From: Alkalispirochaeta sp. | Lineage (GTDB): Bacteria; Spirochaetota; Spirochaetia; DSM-27196; Alkalispirochaetaceae | Length of the DNA: 64,000 nt | Reading direction: 5' to 3' | Assembly (NCBI GenBank): GCA_965242725.1 | Contig: CBDESZ010000025.1 | Span: forward strand, 256,001-320,000 | Part shown: positions 49,774 to 58,200 of the stretch, piece by piece | Layout of the letters: the number at the start of each line of letters is the position of its first letter | How positions within the stretch are numbered: the stretch's first letter is position 1 | The notes under the pieces: model-generated | Told to the model about the DNA's origin: nothing | What the model saw: only the letters and a program-made list of their open reading frames with translations | Database searches by the model: none | Program-made: the position numbers and the translations under genes

Positions 49774-49848
49774 TTGACGATTTGCCGGTTCAGTCTTACT
49801 ATACAGTAGTGGTTTATATGGTAGAACATAAGTCTAAATATGTAAACC
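49774..49848 (+). promoter_or_regulatory. Amidohydrolase-ureohydrolase operon promoter + variant tandem operator (site C)
   Basis: TTGACG(49774-79)-17-TACTAT(49797-802), 8 nt, GGTTTATATGGTAGAACA-TA-AGTCTAAATATGTAAACC (49811-49848). Confidence 0.7.
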
Positions 49849-49869
49849 AATTCTTTTACGCAGGTATAT

Positions 49870-51129
49870 ATGGTTCGGATTGAACGCCTTCTTCGCGATA
49901 TCGAAGAGATGGGAAAGATCGGTGCCCTGCCGGGCGGCGGCAATTCCCGGCCGGCAATGTCTTCGGAAGACCTCGCCGGTCGGGAGTATTTGATTTCTGC
50001 AATGGAAGAGGCGGGTATGGTCACGTGGACCGATCCGGCCGGGAATGTCTGCGGACGCCGCGAGGCGGACTCTCCCGTCGCGGGAGATGAACGGGCTATT
50101 CTCCTCTGCTCACACATTGACACCGTTCCTGCCGGCGGACGATACGACGGCGTGGTGGGCGTCTTCGGAGCCCTTGAGTGCGTCCGGAGCCTCAATGAAT
50201 CGGGTGTTCAATTGAACCGGCCGGTGGAGATCGTCGCCTTCAACGATGAGGAAGAGCGTTTTCTCGGCTTCCTGGGCAGCTATGCCGTCACGGGCAGGCT
50301 CTCCGCCGAGGACATCGCGGGTGTCACCGACCACGACGGGGTCGGGCTCGTTGAAACGATGCGCGCCATCGGTCTTCATCCCGACCGGGTGGCCGGCGCC
50401 CGAAGGGAACGGGGCAGCATCGCGGCATGTCTGGAGGTCCATATAGAACAGGGCCCCGTACTGGATCGCATGAACATACCCGTTGGCGTTGTCAGAGGCG
50501 TGAAGGGTGACTACCGCCGGCGCATCACGTTCAGGGGTCGCCCGGACCACGCAGGTGCACCAAAGGGTGGCCGCCGGGATGCCTTCATGGCCTTTCACTG
50601 GTTTATTTCCCGCATAATCACCCTCATCGACATCAGCGGCAACGACGAGACGACCTGCACCGTCGGGCGGCTTCGGGTGGAGCCCAATGTAGAAACGATT
50701 CAGCCCGGCCTCGTTGAAGCGGCTGTAGACGTGCGCTCTCCCGACGGGGCATTTCTCAGGAAAGTGGAGCGGGAAATGCGTGCAGTGGGAACGGAAATCG
50801 GGGAAATGCATGGTGTTACCTTCACGATAGAACCGATTCTGACGGAGGATCCCGTCCTGTTCGACGATGTGGTGGTAAATACGCTGAAGGATGCCGCCCG
50901 ATCGCTTGAATACCCCTTTCACGAGATGTTCAGCGGTGCGGGCCACGACGCCCAGGTTCTGGCCGCTGCCTTTCCGACGGGGATGCTCTTCATCCCCAGC
51001 GTGGACGGGCGCAGCCATTGTCCGGAGGAGTACACGGAGCCCGGGGATATTGAAAAAGGGATACACGTGCTGTACCACGCCGTAATGCGGTTGGGAACAC
51101 AAACAGAAAACCAAGGAGCTTATCTATGA
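49870..51129 (+). CDS. Zn-dependent M20 hydrolase (allantoate amidohydrolase / N-carbamoylase family)
   Basis: SHIDTV..GGRYDG, DEEERF, EVHIEQGPVL, DHAG, SGAGHDA, SHCPEE. Confidence 0.88.
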   Translation: MVRIERLLRDIEEMGKIGALPGGGNSRPAMSSEDLAGREYLISAMEEAGMVTWTDPAGNVCGRREADSPVAGDERAILLCSHIDTVPAGGRYDGVVGVFGALECVRSLNESGVQLNRPVEIVAFNDEEERFLGFLGSYAVTGRLSAEDIAGVTDHDGVGLVETMRAIGLHPDRVAGARRERGSIAACLEVHIEQGPVLDRMNIPVGVVRGVKGDYRRRITFRGRPDHAGAPKGGRRDAFMAFHWFISRIITLIDISGNDETTCTVGRLRVEPNVETIQPGLVEAAVDVRSPDGAFLRKVEREMRAVGTEIGEMHGVTFTIEPILTEDPVLFDDVVVNTLKDAARSLEYPFHEMFSGAGHDAQVLAAAFPTGMLFIPSVDGRSHCPEEYTEPGDIEKGIHVLYHAVMRLGTQTENQGAYL

Positions 51130-52112
51130 AACTTCCGAAAGACGTGGAAGCGCTGTTGCTGGATTCACCCAGGCCGGGAACCTGGGTGCCCGATGAATAC
51201 GACGTAAGCCTGGCGGATATCATGGTCGATTGGCGTACCGCCGACGCGGCGGATGTGGGAATACTGGGCATTCCCTTCGACACCGCCGTCAGCGGACGCC
51301 GGGGTTGCCGATTCGGACCGGACAGCGTCCGGAATGCCCTCGTATTTTCGGATGTATATGAGCCGGGTATCGATGTCGATCTGTCCGAGGATTTCAGTGT
51401 TACCGACTTCGGAAATGTGGACGTCCTCTTTACCGACGTCCTCGGCACCCATGAGCGTGTGGAATCGGTGGTAACCGAAATCGTGAAACTTGGAATTACG
51501 CCGGTCATGATCGGCGGGGATCACTCCCTCGCCTATCCGGATGTGAAGGGACTCATGAACGGCGTTACCGGCAAGGTGGGAGTCATAAACATCGACGGGC
51601 ACCTTGATGTCCGCCACTCCCACCACGGAGAGGTTTCCAGTGGGACGCCCTTTCGCAGACTCATGGAGGACTCCGATACCCCCCTTGATCCGAAAAATTT
51701 CGTGGAATTCGGTATCAACACGTGGCTGAACTCCCGTTATTACCGTGACTACTGCCGGGACATGGGCGTTACCGTCATCACCGCCAGGGACATTCATTTG
51801 AACGGCATCGTTCCGACCATAGAAGAGGCGATTTCAATTGCAACGGACGGCGTTGATGCACTCTTTCTCAGTTTTGACATCGACGCGATCGACCTCGCCC
51901 ACGTTCCGGGAACAAACGCCCCCAACGCCGGAGGTCTCACGTCGTTTCAGGCGCTTGAGTCGGTCTGGCGGGTGGGACAACACCCCAAATGCCGTGCAAT
52001 GGACATGGTGGAGGTCGCCCCATCGCTGGATGCCGCCAACGTGAGCTCAATCATGGGCGCCGCCCTGATCATGCAGTTCATGGGTGCGACGAAGGTGCGT
52101 CTGAAAGGCTGA
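51126..52112 (+). CDS. Ureohydrolase-family protein (formimidoylglutamase/agmatinase-like)
   Basis: GIPFD, RFGP, GGDHS, DGHLD, SSGTPF, SFDIDAID metal ligands. Confidence 0.88.
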   Translation: MKLPKDVEALLLDSPRPGTWVPDEYDVSLADIMVDWRTADAADVGILGIPFDTAVSGRRGCRFGPDSVRNALVFSDVYEPGIDVDLSEDFSVTDFGNVDVLFTDVLGTHERVESVVTEIVKLGITPVMIGGDHSLAYPDVKGLMNGVTGKVGVINIDGHLDVRHSHHGEVSSGTPFRRLMEDSDTPLDPKNFVEFGINTWLNSRYYRDYCRDMGVTVITARDIHLNGIVPTIEEAISIATDGVDALFLSFDIDAIDLAHVPGTNAPNAGGLTSFQALESVWRVGQHPKCRAMDMVEVAPSLDAANVSSIMGAALIMQFMGATKVRLKG

Positions 52113-52138
52113 GGGGTGAAAAGTTTTTATAAAATGAT

Positions 52139-52173
52139 TTGCCATAACACGACGTTCCCCCCATAATCGAGCC
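52139..52173 (+). promoter_or_regulatory. Internal leaderless promoter for doeA copy 2
   Basis: AT-rich UP-like tract, TTGCCA-17-CATAAT, ATG 6 nt later, no SD. Confidence 0.6.
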
Positions 52174-53364
52174 ATGTCACTCATACGCAACAAAACACAC
52201 TTTGAGCGGGCGGAATACGACCGTCGCCTGCGCAAGACGAAAGAACGAATGGACCACGCCGGCATTGAGGTGCTCCTCGTGGTAGATCCGGCAAACATGA
52301 ACTATCTCACCGGTTACGACGGGTGGAGTTTCTACGTGCATCAGGGGCTCCTCATTGCCCTCGACAGGGAAGAACCGATCTGGTTCGGGCGTCAGCAGGA
52401 TTCCAACGGTGCGCGAATCACGACATGGCTTTCCGAAGAGAGCATCGTCGGGTATCCCGATGAGTACGTACAGTCCCGCTATACCCACACGATGGTGTTT
52501 GTGTCACAGATGCTCAGGGAGCATATGTGGGACCGCCGCGTCCTCGGTGTGGAAATGGATAATTACTGGTTTTCCGCGCGAATGCTGTTGACCCTGCAGA
52601 GTGAAATTGCGGGTCTCCGCGTGCAGGATGCGACCAATCTCGTGAACTGGGTTAAAACGGTGAAGTCCGAGGCGGAAATTCGCTATATGCGCGACGCCGC
52701 GGCGATCTGTAAAAATGTAATGGATGTGGCGATAGAGAATATCGCCGTCGGTGTGAGGGAGAAGGACGTGGCGGGTCTTGTCGCGGGAGCTCAGATACAC
52801 GGCACCGAAGAGTTCGGCGGTGACTCTCCTGCGATTTTCCCGATCATGCCAAGCGGAGAGAACACCTCCACCGCCCATTTGACCTTTGATCCCGACCGGA
52901 GTTACGAGGCGGGGGATGTTGTCCTTCTTGAGCTGGCAGGCGCGAGGTATCGCTATCATGCACCTCTTTCCCGGACTGTGTATCTTGGCACGCCGCCGTC
53001 GGATTTGCAGAAGGTGGCCGATGTCGTGGTCAACGGACTGAATCGCACCCTGAACTTCATTAAACCCGGCGTCACCGCCGAGGAGGTGGAAGCGACGTGG
53101 CGGGATTGCCTGAAGGGTACGGGGGTGGAGAAGCCGTCTCGAGTCGGGTATTCCTTTGGGTTGAGTTACGTCCCCGACTGGGGAGAACATACGGTTAGTT
53201 TGCGTCCAGGCGACAAGAGCGTTCTCGAGCCGGGAATGACGATTCACTTCATGCCGGGGATCTGGCTTGACACCTACGGATTCGAATGCAGCGAACCGTT
53301 CCTCGTAACCGAGACGGGGTGCGAAAAGCTCATCGAGTATCCGCAAAAGCTGTTTGTGAAATAG
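52174..53364 (+). CDS. doeA: Ectoine hydrolase DoeA/EutD-like (M24 fold), copy 2
   Basis: NMNYLTGYDGWSFYVHQ, LVNWVKTVKS, AHLTF, RYHAPLSRT, SRVGYSFG.SYVPDWGE. Confidence 0.8.
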   Translation: MSLIRNKTHFERAEYDRRLRKTKERMDHAGIEVLLVVDPANMNYLTGYDGWSFYVHQGLLIALDREEPIWFGRQQDSNGARITTWLSEESIVGYPDEYVQSRYTHTMVFVSQMLREHMWDRRVLGVEMDNYWFSARMLLTLQSEIAGLRVQDATNLVNWVKTVKSEAEIRYMRDAAAICKNVMDVAIENIAVGVREKDVAGLVAGAQIHGTEEFGGDSPAIFPIMPSGENTSTAHLTFDPDRSYEAGDVVLLELAGARYRYHAPLSRTVYLGTPPSDLQKVADVVVNGLNRTLNFIKPGVTAEEVEATWRDCLKGTGVEKPSRVGYSFGLSYVPDWGEHTVSLRPGDKSVLEPGMTIHFMPGIWLDTYGFECSEPFLVTETGCEKLIEYPQKLFVK

Positions 53365-53446
53365 AAAGGCCCGCCGAGGGCCGCACAGCCCGGCCTCCGG
53401 GGTCACGCCCCGCGAGGGGACGGGGCAGTGCGGGTACTCCCATGGC

Positions 53447-54190
53447 CTACATGAAGCCGTCGTATCGTCTCGGTACGACGGACTGGAATACGTAGCGAAT
53501 CATGGTGTTGTAATCAAAGACGGGCAGGCCCGTGTGGCGTCGCACCGCCGCGGCATACGGCGGCAGGAGGGAGCACTCAAGGAGAATCGCCCCGAGTTTT
53601 CTTCCTCCTTCGTCGGCAGCCTTCCGGATCTCGTCCACCGTCTGAATCACTTCCTGTTCCACCACATCGCTGTCGAGAACGCCGTTCTCTTCAAAGACGG
53701 CGTCCACGAAATGGGGCTTGTCCTCGAGGCCGCCCGCGACAAGACGGTCGTCGGGAACGGCGGTTACCACGTTCAGAATATCCCGGGTCAGAGATCCCTT
53801 GTTCGCTGTGACGATGCCGACATCCCTGTCGGGACCCGCGAGGCGCGCCATGAAATCGAGCTGAAGAAGGCTCGAGAGGAATACGGGGACGCCAAGCTCG
53901 CGGGCAATTTCGTCCTGAAAATAGGCGAGAAACCCGCAGTCACCGGTGATTGCCCGTACGCCCTCGGCGACCAGGCGCCGTCCCGCGGCGACGATATCGT
54001 CGCGGAGTGAGCCGTCGTGGCTGAAGAGCCGGCTCGTGGTGGATCCCGGAAGGCGTTCAAAACGGACGGGAAAATCATAGCTCGTCGCGTTGGCCGTGTC
54101 CCCGGGAATATAGGGGACAAAATTTTCGATTACCAGAATTCCGATGGCTTCACCGTAGCTCACCTGACCTGGATGGGTGTGATATTTCAT
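53447..54190 (-). CDS. Aspartate/glutamate racemase-superfamily protein
   Basis: IPGD..NA.SYDFPV, AITGDCGF and LLECSLLPPY (two Cys), GLPVFD. Confidence 0.75.
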   Translation of the reverse strand: MKYHTHPGQVSYGEAIGILVIENFVPYIPGDTANATSYDFPVRFERLPGSTTSRLFSHDGSLRDDIVAAGRRLVAEGVRAITGDCGFLAYFQDEIARELGVPVFLSSLLQLDFMARLAGPDRDVGIVTANKGSLTRDILNVVTAVPDDRLVAGGLEDKPHFVDAVFEENGVLDSDVVEQEVIQTVDEIRKAADEGGRKLGAILLECSLLPPYAAAVRRHTGLPVFDYNTMIRYVFQSVVPRRYDGFM

Positions 54191-55182
54191 TGGATCTTCT
54201 CTCCCTGAAGTTGGATGCCGCGGTTCCCGTCGATGCGATTTCGACGACCGCCGTTCATATAGCTTCGCAAATTTTCGGCCGCTTCGGCTACGCATCGTGT
54301 ACGGGATTCCACGGTCGCCCATCCTATGTGGGGGGTTATGATGCAGTTTGGCGCCGATAGGAGCGGATGGTCTCCCTCAGGCGGTTCCTCGTACCCGACA
54401 ACGTCGACGGCGGCGCCGGCGAGGCTCCCGTTGTGAAGCGCTTCCGCGACGGCGGACTCATCGGTGAGCCCGCCCCTGGAGGTGTTGATCAGGAGGGCCG
54501 ACTCCTTCATTTGCGTCAATGCCCGTCGATCAATCAGTTCCGTCGTCTCTTCCGAAAGGGGGGTGTGTAACGTGACCACATCCGCCGCAGCGAGCAGATC
54601 GGACCACGAGAGCCACCGGACCTCGACACCGGGTATCGTCTTTCGCCGCGCCTCCCAGCCGAGGACCTTCATACCCAGGGCACCTGCGAGCTTCGCAACG
54701 GCCACGCCGATCGCGCCGAATCCCAGTATGGCGATAGATTTTCCCCGGAGTTCGAGAGCGGGGAAATCGGTATACGAGACCGGTTCGCCCCGACGCCATT
54801 TTCCCCGGTGAACGAGGGAGTTGTAGTCGCACACGCGGTGTGCCAGGTTGAGAATGAGTGCAAGTGTCAGTTCCGCAACGGAGTCGGTTGAATAGTCCGG
54901 GACATTTGTCACGGCAACTCCGGCGGACATCGCGGCGTCCACGTCAATTCGATCGTACCCTGTGGAAAAGAGCCCGATATACTTGAGCCGCGGCAGACGG
55001 GCGATACGTTCAGCGTGAAGAGCGACGTGATCCACGAGGATTGCGTCGGCGTCGGCGGCCAGTGAATCCAGAATGTCCTGGGAGAAATGGGGAGCCGCGG
55101 TGAAACTGCCCAGTTCATGAAAGGGCGACCACGAAATATCTCCGGGATTCACCCCGAATGCATCGATTGCAACGATCTTCAT
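54187..55182 (-). CDS. D-2-hydroxyacid dehydrogenase (glycerate dehydrogenase/hydroxypyruvate reductase-like)
   Basis: NPGDISW, TNVPDYST.SVAE, ILGFGAIG, INTSRG, TPHIGWAT.E.R. Confidence 0.9.
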   Translation of the reverse strand: MKIVAIDAFGVNPGDISWSPFHELGSFTAAPHFSQDILDSLAADADAILVDHVALHAERIARLPRLKYIGLFSTGYDRIDVDAAMSAGVAVTNVPDYSTDSVAELTLALILNLAHRVCDYNSLVHRGKWRRGEPVSYTDFPALELRGKSIAILGFGAIGVAVAKLAGALGMKVLGWEARRKTIPGVEVRWLSWSDLLAAADVVTLHTPLSEETTELIDRRALTQMKESALLINTSRGGLTDESAVAEALHNGSLAGAAVDVVGYEEPPEGDHPLLSAPNCIITPHIGWATVESRTRCVAEAAENLRSYMNGGRRNRIDGNRGIQLQGEKIQ

Positions 55183-56831
55183 TCTGCTCCCGGACACTGA
55201 GACGCGACGGAATCGGGAACCTTTCCGGCAAACTCCCCCTCGAAATGGGCGTGAAACTCCCGGGCGAGGCGTTGTGCGTGTTCCTCGTATGCTTCGGTAT
55301 CCTTCCACGCCATGCGGGGATTCAGCACCTCCCGGGGAACCTCCCGACATGTCACCGGTATGGAGAGGTTGAAAAACGGTTCCTTTTCAAATTCTCCGCC
55401 GTCCAGCTCCCCCGCGAGTGCCGCTTTTACCATGGAACGGGTCATGGCGATGTCTATCCGCCTGCCCGTTCCGTAGGCACCGCCGCTCCATCCGGTGTTG
55501 ACGAGGAACACCCTGGTCTGATGGCGATCGAGTTTTTCGCCGAGGAGATCGGTGTAGTCCTTGGGGTTACGGGGCATAAAGGGTGCGCCAAAGAATCGGG
55601 AGAAGACGGATTGGGGTTCCACAACACCCGTCTCCGTACCGGCCAGCTTGGAGGTATATCCCATCATGAACCAGAACATCGCCTGCTCGTTGGTCAGGCG
55701 CGCAATGGGCGGAAGTACACCGTAGGCGTCGGCGGTAAGGAAGACGATTGTCCGGGGATGCCCGCCCATGGACGACTCCTTGATGTTGGAAAGGTATGTG
55801 AGCGGGTAGGATGCCCGGGAGTTCTGGGTGAAGCGGTCATCATCGAAATCGAAGGCACCGGTGGGATAGACCATGAGATTTTCGACGAGCGCGCCGTGAA
55901 AGAGGTAGTGATCCGGGTGAAACACTGCGTGATACACCTCAGGCTCCTTGCGCGGATTCAGCTGGTAGAGTTTTGCGTAACAGCCGTTTTCAAAATTGGC
56001 TATTCCCGTGTCGCTCCATCCGTGTTCATCGTCACCCAAAAGCGCCCGGTCGGGAGCCGTAGAAAGGGTGGTCTTCCCCGTCCCCGAGAGTCCGAGAAAG
56101 ACGGCGATATCACCGCTTTTTCCTTCATTCGCACTGCAGTGAAGGGGCAGCACCTCCTGCTCCGGCAGGTAGTAGTTCATTACGGTAAACATGAGTTTCT
56201 TGATTGCACCCATGTAGGACGAGCCGAAGACGATGCCGATGCGGCGGTCAAAGTCCATGACTACTGCCATCGTTGAGGTTGAGCCGTCGGCGAGTTTTCT
56301 CAGCCGCCCCTCGTATCGCTCAGGGTGAAGTTTGTCGTACTGATTCACCAGAAGGTAAAACGGATAGTCCTCAAAACAGCTCGATTCGATTCCTGTAGGT
56401 TCCGGACGAAACATATTGTCTATGAACAGACCCGCCAGTGGGTTGTCTACAATTGAACACACCGGGAGTGCGTATGAAGGATCCGCTCCGATCGCCTTTT
56501 CCTGGACATAGACCTTCGGCTTCAACTCCAGCGCCTGCATCGCATCCTCAAATATCATGTCGAAGGTTTCTTCGTCGATGGCGATCGAGTAGGGTGAGTT
56601 CCAGTCAATCGTATTTTCACTCTCCGGGCGCCTGACGATCATCGTGTCTTTCGGACTTCTTCCCGTGGAATCCCTGGGCGTCCACGTGACGAGAGTGCCG
56701 CTTTCAAGACGTATCGCGTTCCAGTGGCTCACGGCATTATCAATCAGGACGCGCCGTGTCGGATTCCGAAAGACCTTTCCCGTCCGGTCGGCGAGGGTCC
56801 TGTCTATCCTCTGATGGTGAGTCTCGTGCAT
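55179..56831 (-). CDS. pckA: Phosphoenolpyruvate carboxykinase (ATP)
   Basis: TGRSPKD, LHCSAN, GLSGTGKTTLS, LGDDEHGW, FENGCYAK, LVNTGW; GGAGG SD before ATG 56831. Confidence 0.96.
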   Translation of the reverse strand: MHETHHQRIDRTLADRTGKVFRNPTRRVLIDNAVSHWNAIRLESGTLVTWTPRDSTGRSPKDTMIVRRPESENTIDWNSPYSIAIDEETFDMIFEDAMQALELKPKVYVQEKAIGADPSYALPVCSIVDNPLAGLFIDNMFRPEPTGIESSCFEDYPFYLLVNQYDKLHPERYEGRLRKLADGSTSTMAVVMDFDRRIGIVFGSSYMGAIKKLMFTVMNYYLPEQEVLPLHCSANEGKSGDIAVFLGLSGTGKTTLSTAPDRALLGDDEHGWSDTGIANFENGCYAKLYQLNPRKEPEVYHAVFHPDHYLFHGALVENLMVYPTGAFDFDDDRFTQNSRASYPLTYLSNIKESSMGGHPRTIVFLTADAYGVLPPIARLTNEQAMFWFMMGYTSKLAGTETGVVEPQSVFSRFFGAPFMPRNPKDYTDLLGEKLDRHQTRVFLVNTGWSGGAYGTGRRIDIAMTRSMVKAALAGELDGGEFEKEPFFNLSIPVTCREVPREVLNPRMAWKDTEAYEEHAQRLAREFHAHFEGEFAGKVPDSVASQCPGAE

Positions 56832-56846
56832 ACAACCTCCCTTTGT

Positions 56847-56918
56847 TGTATCATTATATGAACGACTGTTACAATTGTGAGACAATATCAGTGTAAGTTG
56901 GGTCGATGCCGCTGTCAA
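56847..56918 (-). promoter_or_regulatory. pckA operon promoter + tandem operator (site E)
   Basis: TTGACA(56918-13)-17-TACACT(56895-90), 5 nt, TGTCTCACAATTGTAACA-GT-CGTTCATATAATGATACA (56884-56847). Confidence 0.72.
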
Positions 56919-56972
56919 GGAGAATCGTCCCTGTCGGCCGGACCTGTTCGGAGACGTTGAAGGAACGCTATC

Positions 56973-58169
56973 ATGGAGACTATGAGTACATTTCCAATTC
57001 CCCAACCGATACGTACCGACGGTACCAACCGCTTTGCAGCGGATACCATGGAACGGCGTTTGCCGAGAAACATACGGAACATCATGGAACACAATGCCCG
57101 TTTTCCCCCGTCGGTCTGCACCGCTCTGGAACGACTGGCCGGGGAGATCTCAGGTGATGCCACGCTTCCTCCTCCTCCGCTGCCCGGCTGGGACTACGAC
57201 AGGTGGGAACGGGAGTATGCCCTCAGGGAAGGTCAACGGTGGCACGATACGGACTGGTTTTTCGGCGAGACCTACGCCTTCAGACTGATTCTCGACAGGG
57301 TGCGGTACTTTGAGACCCTTGAGGATCCCTATGCGCCGTTGAAAATACGGGAGCTCGACTCGGGGGCCCCGTTCCTTCCAATACGATGTTACGTCGAGTC
57401 CCGGGAAATGCCGCACATTGAGAAAGAGACGCTGATCGAGGAGGCGATACATCTCTCACTGTGGGGAAACAGGGCGGACATATCCTTTACCGCCGGCGGT
57501 GCACTGGACCATTCCAAAGGCGACAGCGCGCTGCTGATACAGGATGATACCGACCGGATCATACGGTCCCTCTCGACGACGGACGGGACGATCCACATCG
57601 TCATGGACAATTCCGGTGCGGAACTGGCGGGAGACCTCGTACTGGCGGGAGCCCTTGTCGATCTGCTCGGCCGGAAGGTTGTTCTCCATCCCAAACTGTA
57701 TCCGACCTATGTGAGCGATACGACGCCGGCGGATATCCGCCTCTTTCTCTCCCGTGCAGAAGGGTCTGACCATATATCCGTCGCCGAATGGGCGCGACAC
57801 CTCGAAAACGTGCTCGATGAGGGGCATATAACGGTGGCCCCCGACGATTACTGGTGCGGTGTCCGTTTTGTATGCGATATGCCGGCGAGAATTGCCCGAC
57901 TCTTTTCATCGGACGGAATGGTATTTATTAAGGGGGATTTCAACTATCGCCGCGTGTTTCGCGACACCTTGTGGCCTGCAGAGATCGACCCCGTTGCGGC
58001 GATCGGCATGACTCCCCTCGCTCCTCTCGCGCTGCTGCGTACGATGAAGAGCGACTGTCTCGTCGGAGTGGATGATCAGACGCGGCGCAATCTCGATGTG
58101 TCGGAAGGTGAATGGCGAACGGCGGGGAAAAGGGGAGTTCTCCAGTTTGTCCCGATCGGCGACAGATGA
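56973..58169 (+). CDS. DUF89/ARMT1-family damage-control phosphatase
   Basis: LWGNRAD, MDNSGAEL.GD, YVSD, KGDFNYR, LRTMKS. Confidence 0.88.
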   Translation: METMSTFPIPQPIRTDGTNRFAADTMERRLPRNIRNIMEHNARFPPSVCTALERLAGEISGDATLPPPPLPGWDYDRWEREYALREGQRWHDTDWFFGETYAFRLILDRVRYFETLEDPYAPLKIRELDSGAPFLPIRCYVESREMPHIEKETLIEEAIHLSLWGNRADISFTAGGALDHSKGDSALLIQDDTDRIIRSLSTTDGTIHIVMDNSGAELAGDLVLAGALVDLLGRKVVLHPKLYPTYVSDTTPADIRLFLSRAEGSDHISVAEWARHLENVLDEGHITVAPDDYWCGVRFVCDMPARIARLFSSDGMVFIKGDFNYRRVFRDTLWPAEIDPVAAIGMTPLAPLALLRTMKSDCLVGVDDQTRRNLDVSEGEWRTAGKRGVLQFVPIGDR

Positions 58170-58200
58170 CGGCCGGATAGTGACCGAATATGTTCGTGAA

